This document shows positions 30,793-40,198 of a stretch of DNA of 64,000 bases, one piece after another (positions within the stretch are counted from its first letter, which is position 1; each line of letters opens with the position of its first letter). Origin of the DNA: Candidatus Bathyarchaeota archaeon (GTDB lineage Archaea; Thermoproteota; Bathyarchaeia; Bathyarchaeales; Bathycorpusculaceae); assembly GCA_963815095.1 (NCBI GenBank), contig CAWFFH010000005.1:105359-169358 (forward strand), read 5' to 3'. The position numbers and the translations under genes are program-made. The notes beneath the pieces are model-generated. The model had not been told where the DNA came from and ran no database searches. It was given only the letters and a program-made list of their open reading frames with translations.

Positions 30793-31695
30793 TTAAGTTA
30801 AAACTTCGCTACCTTCATCTTTTATCAATAACGTATGCTCAGCTTGAGCAACGGGTTTTTTGCTTGCTTCAATAAACACTGGGTACCCCATGATTGCTTT
30901 TGATGCGTAGAGTTCTTTGAAGGCTGCTTTATGCTGGTCGGCTGGAACGACTCCAATGAGCCACCGTTCGGCAAATGGCAGGGTTCGGAAGTTGGTTTCG
31001 ATGTGTTTGCGCATTTTTTTTGCTGCCTCAGTTTTTGTTGATTTGGCTTTGAGAAGACGGTAAATGGTGATTTGGGGGAAATCGTCTACTCTGCCAATCG
31101 CTTCTGGTTGGGTGACGAAAGGTTCTATGGCGTAAACTTCGCCGGTCCGCACCTTGTTGAGAGAAACTTGGGAGACGTTGGGAATTGATGTTCCCGCATG
31201 AATGAGGTACCGGCCAACGCTATGTCCGGTGAGGTTGCTGATGGGTTTGAAACCGCGGTTTTTTATAGTAGTTTCAATTAGGCTACCGATTTTGCCCAAT
31301 GCCATGTCGCCATGAATGTTGTCGATGGCTGTTTTGAGTGCGAGTTCTGCTGTGGTTGCCATGCTTCTGCCTTCAGGGTTAAAAGCGGCAGTGAACGCGG
31401 TGTCGGTAACGTAGCCATCAACATGCACCCCAATATCCACCTTAACAGTTGAACCCTCAGGAATCCGCGATTCATCACCTGGAGGTGCAGTGTAGTGCGC
31501 AGCAACTTCGTTTATGCTGACGTTAACGGGAAACGCAGGCTTGCCGCCTTTTGCGCGGATGAGTCCTTCAGCTTTCTCACACACATCAATAATTAGCATG
31601 TTTTCCTTAACGAAGCCACGCATTTCTTCGCGTGTTTCCCGCAAAATCTTGCCGGATAAACGAAATTTTTGGAGTTCTTCTTTGTCGTAAGGCAT
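30793..31695 (-). CDS. map: methionine aminopeptidase type II
   Basis: AAHYT, DIGVHVDGYVTD, NLTGH, AIEPF, AQAEHT motifs. Confidence 0.95.
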   Translation of the reverse strand: MPYDKEELQKFRLSGKILRETREEMRGFVKENMLIIDVCEKAEGLIRAKGGKPAFPVNVSINEVAAHYTAPPGDESRIPEGSTVKVDIGVHVDGYVTDTAFTAAFNPEGRSMATTAELALKTAIDNIHGDMALGKIGSLIETTIKNRGFKPISNLTGHSVGRYLIHAGTSIPNVSQVSLNKVRTGEVYAIEPFVTQPEAIGRVDDFPQITIYRLLKAKSTKTEAAKKMRKHIETNFRTLPFAERWLIGVVPADQHKAAFKELYASKAIMGYPVFIEASKKPVAQAEHTLLIKDEGSEVLT

Positions 31696-31958
31696 GAAAG
31701 TTCCCTCTGTTTAAAATTGGATATGTGCTGGATGCTTAAATGCATAACCACACAGCTGAAGGAAAAAACTACAGTTTTTTACTCGGTGACTTCTTTGAAT
31801 GTTACGGTGGATTCTGTTGGTATGGTTTTTTGTGTTATCAGATATTTTGGTTTCTTTTTGCGTGTCATAGCAACCATTAGATTGGATTAATGCTTTATAA
31901 GTTGTGTTTACCTGCCCTTGTCCGCTTGAAAAAAATTATTAAGATAAGAATTTTTTTG

Positions 31959-32522
31959 TTAGGATTTGTAGAGTTTGGGATCTAGTAGTGCAAAGTTGTT
32001 GCCGCCTGCATGGTAGAGAACGCGGGCTTTCTTGAGGTCATAACCTGCATCACTAAAGACTCCTAAGTCTGCATATGCCTCGAGAATTTTGCCCACAAAA
32101 ATCGTATGGTCGCCTGTCGTGAGTTGTCCATCGACTTCACATTCTAAATGTGCTATGCATTCACGAATGGCGGGACCTTTGACTTTTTTGCCAGGCATAG
32201 CTGAGAGGTTGGCTTTTTTGAATTTATCAAAACTTCTGCCCGTTAATGAGCCGCACGAGTAAACTGCCTGCAAGATTTCCATGGTTGGGACGTTTACGGT
32301 GAATTCGCCTGATTCTTCGATTAAGGTATGGGTGTGGCGAGTAGGTGCTAGACTGATGGCTAACAGCGGCGGGTTAATTGAGGTTGGCATTGCCCACGCA
32401 ACGGTAGTTACATTAGGTTTGTTTGCTTTCCCAATACATGAGACCAAAACGGTGTGCATGGGGTGAAGGAGCCTATATGCCGAGTTAATGTTGACGGTTG
32501 TTTTTGCAGACATTTTTGTCAC
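31959..32522 (-). CDS. flavin reductase (DIM6/NTAB) family protein
   Basis: GEFTVNVP, HLEC, GDHTIFVG motifs. Confidence 0.88.
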   Translation of the reverse strand: MTKMSAKTTVNINSAYRLLHPMHTVLVSCIGKANKPNVTTVAWAMPTSINPPLLAISLAPTRHTHTLIEESGEFTVNVPTMEILQAVYSCGSLTGRSFDKFKKANLSAMPGKKVKGPAIRECIAHLECEVDGQLTTGDHTIFVGKILEAYADLGVFSDAGYDLKKARVLYHAGGNNFALLDPKLYKS

Positions 32523-33035
32523 CTTAATATGTGATTTCGAAGGTTTTCGGAGTATTTCTGTTTTTGGATTGCGGCATAGGGAATCGTAATATAGATATTT
32601 ACTTAAAAATCGCTTTGTCAGACTCGCTTGTTTGCTGTTTTGCTATAACAGCCGCGCTCTTTGTTGGGAGGTTTTGGCGTCGTTTTAGTATTGAGAGATA
32701 TATGTGCATGTTAACAACGGTTATGTCGTAACAGTCAATATTATTGACTATCTGAGGAATTAACATGTCCCACCCCGTGGAAGTATTGAAAATGAAGAAG
32801 CATCCAAACTACTGGATTACTTTGTTGCTTACAAAAAACTGATGATCAAAGTGGAATACATAAAATGCATCTCCAAAATAAACAGCGAAATACACTTTTG
32901 CCAAAATCAAGCGCACGCAGAAACCCATGACTTGATTGCAACAGAGGCAGCTAACCAACCCCCCATAGGCTTACCACAATCATTTGAAAAATAAAATCTA
33001 TCAAGCTTGGATTTTCTTTAATTACTTGTTTTTTG

Positions 33036-34589
33036 CTAGTGCCCCTCAACCTTATGAATCACACTGATTACCAGTTTTCCATGGGCAGTTTTCACTAAAG
33101 CCATCCGCAAATGTATCGGCACTTTCTCGCCATTTTTGGTAACTTGGACAGTATGAAGGTCTATTTGCCCGGTTTTCTCCAATTTTTCAATGAAAGATTG
33201 TTTTTCCGTTTCGGGAACTTGTAGAACTTCCCAAAGATGCATGTTCAAAAATTCGTTACAGGGGTAACCGAAGAGTTCACATGCGGCAAGATTCGCGTAA
33301 ACAAATGCGCCATTCAAATTCGCCAAAAAGATGGCCTCGCTTAAGTTATCTAAAACCATTGCCCTAAACAGCAAACCCTCCTCAATCTTTTGGCGCTCCA
33401 TAATTTCCTGGGTCAGTTCCTTGTTTGTCTGCGCATATTCGGAGGTACGCTGTGTCACCACAACCTCAAGTCGCTTATTATAACTATTCAACTCTTGCTC
33501 AAGCTCTTTGCGTTTGGTAATGTTTTCAAAAATTGCCACGAAATGGTCTTTTTTGGGTCCATATACAGAGATGTTTAGCCATAGGCTAAGCGGTTTGAAG
33601 AAAACCTCAAAGCTTTCCGCTTTTCCGGTTCGTGCAACTCTGCCATAGATCTCGAATATTTCGGGGTTCGCTTCTTTGGTTCCAGGAATAGCCTCCGAAA
33701 CCCTCCTTCCAACTACTCCTTCCCGTTTCAAACCTGTCAGCCTTTCAAAAGCGTCGTTGATTTCCAAATACACAAAATCTGTCGGTTCATCGTTCTCGTC
33801 AAAAATCATTTGGCAGTAAGCGTAGCCGTTTATCATGTTTTCGAATAGGCTACGGTATTTTTCTTCGCTTTCTTTAAGGGCTGCTTCTGCCAGTTTTTTT
33901 TCGTCCATGTTTACAACATAGATTCGGATTCTGGGTCCTATAGGCATAAAGGAAAATTGCTGCAAATACCAATGCTCTCCAAGTTGTATTTCTCGCCCCA
34001 GTGAGTGCTCCATCGAAATTTTACCTTTAAACGTAGCAGAAACGTTTTCCCAATCCGCGAAGAACTGCTGATTTATACCTTTGTTCTCAAGGTTGGGGAA
34101 CACTTTTTTTGTTGCGGGATTAGTAAAGGTAATATTTCCACCAAAATCAACTTCAACGATAGGGTTTGGGTCAAACGCTGGAAATGAAGCTAAGCGGATG
34201 TATCTTTCTTCAAATTGTTTGCGTGCAGTTATGTCTTGCCCAAATAGTAATGCACCCGTAACCTCACCATTCTCGCCTTTAGCGACTATATTATACCACG
34301 CCAAAAGACACTCTTGACCGCTCTTAGTCAAAACCCGCCTCTCAACATGACCTCTACGAAGCGTGCCATTCAACATCTGATGAAAAGAAGCCCTCGCCTC
34401 CTCACGGACATTTTGGGGAACAAAAACGTCAAACCAATTTTTCGCCACAACCTCTTCTTTCGCGACCTCTAGCATATCGCAGCCTTTCTGGTTAATTTCA
34501 GCAACTTTCTCATCTTTTCCAACAAAAACAACTGTCAAATCTTCTAAGTTGAGGTCAAAATTTTCTATATTCTTTTTTTCCGACATCAA
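33036..34589 (-). CDS. multi-PAS-domain sensor protein without recognizable output domain
   Basis: Several PAS/PAC repeats (DITARK, ENITKRK, YLEINDAFE); no H-box/HATPase or GGDEF motif. Confidence 0.8.
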   Translation of the reverse strand: MMSEKKNIENFDLNLEDLTVVFVGKDEKVAEINQKGCDMLEVAKEEVVAKNWFDVFVPQNVREEARASFHQMLNGTLRRGHVERRVLTKSGQECLLAWYNIVAKGENGEVTGALLFGQDITARKQFEERYIRLASFPAFDPNPIVEVDFGGNITFTNPATKKVFPNLENKGINQQFFADWENVSATFKGKISMEHSLGREIQLGEHWYLQQFSFMPIGPRIRIYVVNMDEKKLAEAALKESEEKYRSLFENMINGYAYCQMIFDENDEPTDFVYLEINDAFERLTGLKREGVVGRRVSEAIPGTKEANPEIFEIYGRVARTGKAESFEVFFKPLSLWLNISVYGPKKDHFVAIFENITKRKELEQELNSYNKRLEVVVTQRTSEYAQTNKELTQEIMERQKIEEGLLFRAMVLDNLSEAIFLANLNGAFVYANLAACELFGYPCNEFLNMHLWEVLQVPETEKQSFIEKLEKTGQIDLHTVQVTKNGEKVPIHLRMALVKTAHGKLVISVIHKVEGH

Positions 34590-36760
34590 AATTTCTCCTT
34601 TTCAATTAAAGGGTTAACGTTAGATGTTTCTGGAAAAACAACTGGCATATACATTCGCTCTACATATTCTTTCATCATTCGGCAAGCATTGAAAACGGGG
34701 TTGATGGTTTTGATGGCTTCCTTAGCCACCTCTATCCAGCGGTGAGGGATTCCTTTCCGGTCGCGGTTGTAATATAGAGGCACTATGCTATTTTCCAGTA
34801 AGCTATATAGTGATTCAGCATCCGCCCGGTCTTCCTCTTCGGGGGTTCCACCCTTGAAACCATCAATTGCCCAGCCGTTCAAGCCATTAAAAGCTTCATC
34901 CCACCAGCCATCTCGAACACTTAAATTAATAACTCCATTCATAGATGCCTTCATTCCGCTGGTTCCACATGCCTCCTGCAAGCGCCTTGGTGTGTTTAAC
35001 CAAACATCCACACCGCGGACCAAATCACGGGCAAGGTTCATGTCGTAATCTTCAACAAACACAATTCGTCCCTGAAAACGCTTATCCAAAGCCACATTGT
35101 ATACGGTTTTAAGGAGTTCTTTTGAAGCATAGTCTGCAGGGTGCGATTTGCCGCCAAAAATTATTTGCACCGGACGAAGTGGGTCTGTGACGATTTTTTT
35201 GAGACGTTCACTGTCCGAGAGTATCAAGTAAGGACGCTTGTACTGGGCAAACCTGCGGGTAAACGCGATAGTTAAAGCATAAGGGTCAAGCAAGGCACCC
35301 ATGGCAAGCACTTGCTGAGTTGAAACACCATCCCTAACTAAACGTAATTGAGCGCGATCTTGAATAGCACGAATCAACCGAGTCTTCATCAGTTGGTGTA
35401 CAGCCCAAAACTGCTCATTAGGGATACCGCTGCCAAATTTCCAAAACTGCTCCTCATACTCGCTAGGTAACGGCACCTCTCCGATCTGTTTTTCGAAGAG
35501 CTCTGAAATCTCTGCAGCCCGCCAACTCGGCGAATGAACCCCATTAGTTATGCTTAAAATCGGAATTTCCTCAAGAGACTTTTCTGGGTAAATAGCTCTC
35601 CACATTTTACGTGCTACTAAACCATGCAATTTGCTGACAGCGTTTGCTTGACCAGCTAACCGGAGCGCAAACGCTGTTAAACTAAATTTCTCTGGTCCCA
35701 ACCCTTCGTAGTTTCCAAGTTTTAGAAAAGATTCGCGGTCAATTCCCAGAGATTCCCAAAAGTTTCGAGCGTAATAATCCATAAGTTGGTAAGGAAAAAT
35801 ATGTTGACCTGCCGCAACGGGAGTGTGCGTTGTGAAAACAGTGTTTTTCCGAACTTTTTCAATGGCTTCATTTAGAGGGATTCCTTTGGTGCGTTCTTCT
35901 ATTAGCCGTTCAAGCATCATGAACGCGGTATGATCTTCGTTTGCATGCCAAACCACTGGGTCAATACGTAGTGCCCGTAAAGCACGGACTCCACCTATGC
36001 CTAACACAATAAGCTGCCGCAGTCTCTCCTCTTGGTTAGCCGTATAAAGCCTCGCTGAAAGCCCCTTGTCTTCTTCACGATTGTCACTGATGTTTGTATC
36101 AAGCAAATACAAGTTCACTCGTCCCACACGTACCTGCCATACTTGAAGGAAAATTTGGCGGTCACCAAGCGGAACCGCAATCAAAGGTCCACAGCCTTGA
36201 GGCCATGCACAAGGGGAAATTGGTGCCTCGCTAAAATCTAGCTGCTGGTAGACTTCTTCTTGCCAGCCATCAGCAGAGACGTGTTGACGAAAATATCCTT
36301 GAGGATACATGAATCCAACGGCAACCAAAGGTAATCCTATGTCTGAGGATTGTTTGCAGATATCTCCTGCGAGGACTCCTAAACCGCCCGCGTAGATGGG
36401 AAGTGAATTGTGAATTGCATATTCAGCGGAAAAATAGGCGACTTGAACCCCAAAATCGTCGGGAACCTTTTTTCCACACCAATCCTTTTTGCTCATCATG
36501 TAATTATCAAATTTCGAAATTACCGAGTCGTAAAGCTCAAGGAAAGCAGGGTCTTTCGCAGCCGCTTCTAGCTTGTTTGGGTCAATATCTCTTAATTGTT
36601 TAACGGGGTTGTGTCCGCTTGCTCTCCAAAGCTCGTAATCAAGCGACCGAAACACCTGTCGCCCCTCTTCATCCCAACTCCACCAAAGGTTGTTTGCAAG
36701 CTCAGCTAGTCTTTCAACTCTTTTCGGAACTAATTGTATAATCTCTTCAGTAGCATCCAT
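34586..36760 (-). CDS. glgP: alpha-glucan (glycogen/maltodextrin) phosphorylase
   Basis: YAGGLGVLAGD, TNGVH, RRFAQYKR, EACGTSGMK (PLP lysine) motifs. Confidence 0.94.
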   Translation of the reverse strand: MDATEEIIQLVPKRVERLAELANNLWWSWDEEGRQVFRSLDYELWRASGHNPVKQLRDIDPNKLEAAAKDPAFLELYDSVISKFDNYMMSKKDWCGKKVPDDFGVQVAYFSAEYAIHNSLPIYAGGLGVLAGDICKQSSDIGLPLVAVGFMYPQGYFRQHVSADGWQEEVYQQLDFSEAPISPCAWPQGCGPLIAVPLGDRQIFLQVWQVRVGRVNLYLLDTNISDNREEDKGLSARLYTANQEERLRQLIVLGIGGVRALRALRIDPVVWHANEDHTAFMMLERLIEERTKGIPLNEAIEKVRKNTVFTTHTPVAAGQHIFPYQLMDYYARNFWESLGIDRESFLKLGNYEGLGPEKFSLTAFALRLAGQANAVSKLHGLVARKMWRAIYPEKSLEEIPILSITNGVHSPSWRAAEISELFEKQIGEVPLPSEYEEQFWKFGSGIPNEQFWAVHQLMKTRLIRAIQDRAQLRLVRDGVSTQQVLAMGALLDPYALTIAFTRRFAQYKRPYLILSDSERLKKIVTDPLRPVQIIFGGKSHPADYASKELLKTVYNVALDKRFQGRIVFVEDYDMNLARDLVRGVDVWLNTPRRLQEACGTSGMKASMNGVINLSVRDGWWDEAFNGLNGWAIDGFKGGTPEEEDRADAESLYSLLENSIVPLYYNRDRKGIPHRWIEVAKEAIKTINPVFNACRMMKEYVERMYMPVVFPETSNVNPLIEKEKF

Positions 36761-37046
36761 TTTCTGAGTGACTCCTGATTTTGGTTTGGGCTAACGCACT
36801 GTTTCCATGTAAGAATGAACAAAACATATGACAGTAAAATTCTTATATAAAGGTAATTTTTATTTACTATTAAGCCTTTTTGTTATTTATAGTTTGATAT
36901 CAGCTTGAAAAATCCCAAATGGAATCTTCGAGTTGGCATATAAAAATAGTTTAGTTAGAGATTTCCATTTTTTTACTCGTTCTTTTCGTAGAAGAACATC
37001 ACCGAGGCGACTACGTCTCCTTCGACTATGAACTAAAAAATCGATT

Positions 37047-38198
37047 TTACCTTTTTACATGGTATTGTTCGATTACGTCTTTAGCCTTTTCTCGGCGTTC
37101 TTGATGTTGCTGTAGGAATTTGTTTAGTTTTTCTGCTATGTCTTTTTTGCATTCGCCACAAAGTATTTCGCCTCCGCGGCATCTGCGTTCACGTTCCGCC
37201 AGTTTTGTGTTGTCTTCTTCGAATAGGAAAAAGTAGTACTGGTATATGCTGCAGACGGTTGGATCCGCGCCTTCTTTGCGTTGTTCCGCGGCAGTGCCTT
37301 TGCCACCTGTGAAGGCGTTCCAAATTTTCTTCTTGACAACGTCGGGTTGGTCTACGGTGAATATGCTGGTTTCAGGTTGGGATGCACTCATTTTTCCACC
37401 TGCTCCAAGTCCTGGCAGAAAGCGGCAGTGGATCTGGGCGGGTTTGTAATAGCCGAGTTTTTGGGCTATGTCGCGGGTGACTCGCCAGTAGGGGTCTTGG
37501 TCGATGGCTGCTGGAATCAACGCGGGCACGTTTTCGCCTGTGAGTTTTTTGTGGATGAAGCATGGTGCAGCTTGGATGGCTGGCCAGAAAACCCAGCCGA
37601 TGTTGGTGCTATCTTGGAAGCCAAAACTGCTGCGGGCGGTACTGTAGGTTATGCGTTTGGCGACTTCTAAGGTGATGTCATAGAGTAGGTCGATGTCTTT
37701 TGTGTCATAAATGATGAATGTGTCTTCAGGCTTAAAGCCAACTGCGATTAAGTCAAGTGCGTTCTCATATGACCATTTGGCAGTGTTTTTAAGGTCTTGG
37801 TTATCGCTAATTAAGTATTTTTCATCGTCGGTTATTTGGAAGTAGAGGCGGGTTTTGAATTTTTGTTGTATATGAAGGGTAAATATCCAAGGGACTAAGT
37901 GTCCAATGTGGACTGGTCCGCTGGGTCCTCTGCCGGTGTAGAGCACAAATTTGGTGCCTTTATCGTAAAGGTCGAGCACTGTGTCCAGGTCTCGGTGGCT
38001 AAAGAAGATTTTGCGTTCAAGCTGCAAGTGGAGTTTGTCGGTATGTTTTTCCACTCGTTGTAGTAGTTGGGGTGTTAGGGGTTGGGTACCAAATTCTTTT
38101 ATGAGGCGTTCGTAGTCGACTTTGCCCTTAACTTCCCAGGGTGTAACTATCATTTCGTTGTTGTTTTCTTCAGCGTTTGAGGAAGCCGTATGATTCAC
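37047..38198 (-). CDS. trpS: tryptophanyl-tRNA synthetase
   Basis: VTPW, YTGRGPS..HIGH, AIDQDPY, KMSAS motifs. Confidence 0.95.
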   Translation of the reverse strand: MNHTASSNAEENNNEMIVTPWEVKGKVDYERLIKEFGTQPLTPQLLQRVEKHTDKLHLQLERKIFFSHRDLDTVLDLYDKGTKFVLYTGRGPSGPVHIGHLVPWIFTLHIQQKFKTRLYFQITDDEKYLISDNQDLKNTAKWSYENALDLIAVGFKPEDTFIIYDTKDIDLLYDITLEVAKRITYSTARSSFGFQDSTNIGWVFWPAIQAAPCFIHKKLTGENVPALIPAAIDQDPYWRVTRDIAQKLGYYKPAQIHCRFLPGLGAGGKMSASQPETSIFTVDQPDVVKKKIWNAFTGGKGTAAEQRKEGADPTVCSIYQYYFFLFEEDNTKLAERERRCRGGEILCGECKKDIAEKLNKFLQQHQERREKAKDVIEQYHVKR

Positions 38199-38286
38199 CG
38201 TGTTCTTTTATCAAGAACCCATTTTGTCATATATGCTTTTTTCGGTGAAGATTGTCTTGCTTCTTGACGTAGTCGAGGTTTGTTTG

Positions 38287-38460
38287 CTATTTACTTATTT
38301 TCTTGAACCACACTATGCCTATTACGGCTACGGTTATGGCTATGAAAGCGGCAATGGGATTAATCGCTTGTATTGCAAAAGAAGCAGCCAAAACAGTCAT
38401 CAAAGTTATAAATGAAAATAAAATTACGGCTGTTCCGACGGCTAATTTTTTATGGCTCAA
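38287..38460 (-). CDS. small 2-TM membrane protein (57 aa)
   Basis: TTG start after GAAGTGAGG; MSHKKLAVGTAVILFSFITLMTVLAASFAIQAINPIAAFIAITVAVIGIVWFKKISK. Confidence 0.55.
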   Translation of the reverse strand: MSHKKLAVGTAVILFSFITLMTVLAASFAIQAINPIAAFIAITVAVIGIVWFKKISK

Positions 38461-38610
38461 AACTTTGCCCTCACTTCTCTATTTCAATTAGTACAGTTAA
38501 GGGCTGTTTTGATTTAATGCTAATCTATAGAACAACATGTTCAGAGATTAGGACAGCACGCTAACGCGAAAGACAATGAAAATAAAAATTAATTATTGAT
38601 GGAAAAGAGT

Positions 38611-38904
38611 TTAATCTTCTTCCTCATCGAGTTTTCTTTCTTTAACCTTCAGCGCTTCTTCGTCGCCGATAACCTTGAAAGTTTCAGATAGCTCATGTTT
38701 GTGCAGGAACTTCTTAACGATAATACGGACGTATTTCTTTGAGAGCGCTTCACCTTCGCCTTTCACTGTAACGATCTTTGCGTCCGTGGTTACGTCTCCG
38801 CCTGTTTTGTCCTTGAGGAAGTCTGCGAGTTTCTCGATTAGTTTATCTTCGTCACCTTTAAGTTCTGAAGCGTTAACTTTCATTTCAACCATTTTTCTGT
38901 TCAC
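38611..38904 (-). CDS. rpl22e: ribosomal protein eL22 (L22e)-like
   Basis: FLKDK..GG.V, SKKYVRIIVKKFL aligns with eukaryotic SKRYLKYLTKKYL; acidic tail. Confidence 0.75.
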   Translation of the reverse strand: MNRKMVEMKVNASELKGDEDKLIEKLADFLKDKTGGDVTTDAKIVTVKGEGEALSKKYVRIIVKKFLHKHELSETFKVIGDEEALKVKERKLDEEED

Positions 38905-39486
38905 CTCGATTCTTGTCAGCCAATTAACTTTGATTTAGCATACTTTTCATAGCCGCTCTATTGATTAAGTTTTTCTTTTATGCTTGTCAGTTCGCCCGTC
39001 GAGTCCTTCTCACTGCCAAAGCTCAGACTCTAGTGCTCATCATCCATCACACAATTTAGCAACAGAACTTAAGACTGTTATGCTGCAAAACTGTTTTTGT
39101 TATCTGAAACAAATGTTTACCTGAAGTTAAGAAAAATGGATTTTTTGGAAGCCCTACCCAAAAGAGTGGAGAAAAGTCATTAACGTCCCAATACATACAT
39201 CTGAGGCATTAATTCAAATGGCGTACCAAAATGGGGCGCCTGCAGCAAAACCTAGAAGATCCATCATTAAGGTGCTGCAAAGGAGGATCTTTAGACGTAA
39301 AACTACGTGTTGAAGATTTGATTTTCCATAGTCGCCTCTTAATTTATGGCAACGTTTAATAGAGTCACTCACATTTAACTTTGAACTTCAATGGCTGAAA
39401 GCATATGGTTGAACTGGTGAGAACGCCAGTTCAACAACATGCGACTATTCTCCAATGAAAAATCATAATCACAAGGAGGAAAAGAA

Positions 39487-39612
39487 ATGTTATCACGAGA
39501 TTGCGACGGATGCTCCCAAATGAAACCGTGCAGTAAACGATTCGATATCGCCGAGAAAGGTAATTATGTTTATTGCCCAGACGGAACAGCCCATTTAATT
39601 GACGGCGCCTAA
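39487..39612 (+). CDS. 41-aa Cys-rich microprotein
   Basis: AGGAGGA RBS; MLSRDCDGCSQMKPCSKRFDIAEKGNYVYCPDGTAHLIDGA; T-rich tract downstream. Confidence 0.6.
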   Translation: MLSRDCDGCSQMKPCSKRFDIAEKGNYVYCPDGTAHLIDGA

Positions 39613-39688
39613 AACAAAAATTAATTGTTAGTTTTAAACAAACAATTTTTTTTATTTTTCTTTATTTTTCTTACTACCTTTGTTCAGC

Positions 39689-40100
39689 CTATAGCTTTTC
39701 CAAAGTCTTCTTAACTTCGACTATGACATCTGAGAAGTCTGCTTCTTTGTCAGGTTTCATGCCTTTCTTTGAAACTTTCAGAATTGTCTCGTAGCCTTTG
39801 CTTTTCAGCTCTTTTTCTATTACTTTCATTGTCCGTTCGTTTCCAAAGATGCGGTATGTGCAGAACAAAATGGCTTTTTTGTTTTGCGCTTTAGTCATGC
39901 TTTTTGATCGAGGTTTTGGTTTCTTTGGCGGGACTTGAGCCTTCAACGGGGGTGCCTAAGATTAGGTGGTCGTAAGTTTCGATGGTTGAAGGTGTTGTTC
40001 CTGCAATGTCAAAGATTGCGACTTTTGCTATATCGGCTATGGCTTGGGCTAAACGTTTGGTGTTGCCTGTTCTTGAAAAGTAAACTACGCATCCGTTCAT
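39689..40100 (-). pseudogene. flavodoxin, frameshifted
   Basis: YFSRTGNTK N-terminal half (39891-40100) and C-terminal half (39689-39946) join if one base is removed from the T5 run at ~39901. Confidence 0.75.
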
Positions 40101-40198
40101 GGATTAAATTAGCGGTGGATAGGTTATAAAATCTTCCACTAACTATTTTGTGGTAAGTTTAAAAGTTCAGCCAAGTAGTATTTGTTGAGCAGAAAACC

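Noticed and set aside
32765-32993. Possible small frameshifted gene
   Set aside because: No recognizable motif, and the start and the open frame disagree; cannot be supported.
27925-38198. Functional clustering of tRNA-Trp and trpS
   Set aside because: About 9 kb apart with unrelated genes between them; probably coincidental.
39150-39330. Possible degraded small membrane gene on the minus strand
   Set aside because: Multiple stops and no identifiable homology.
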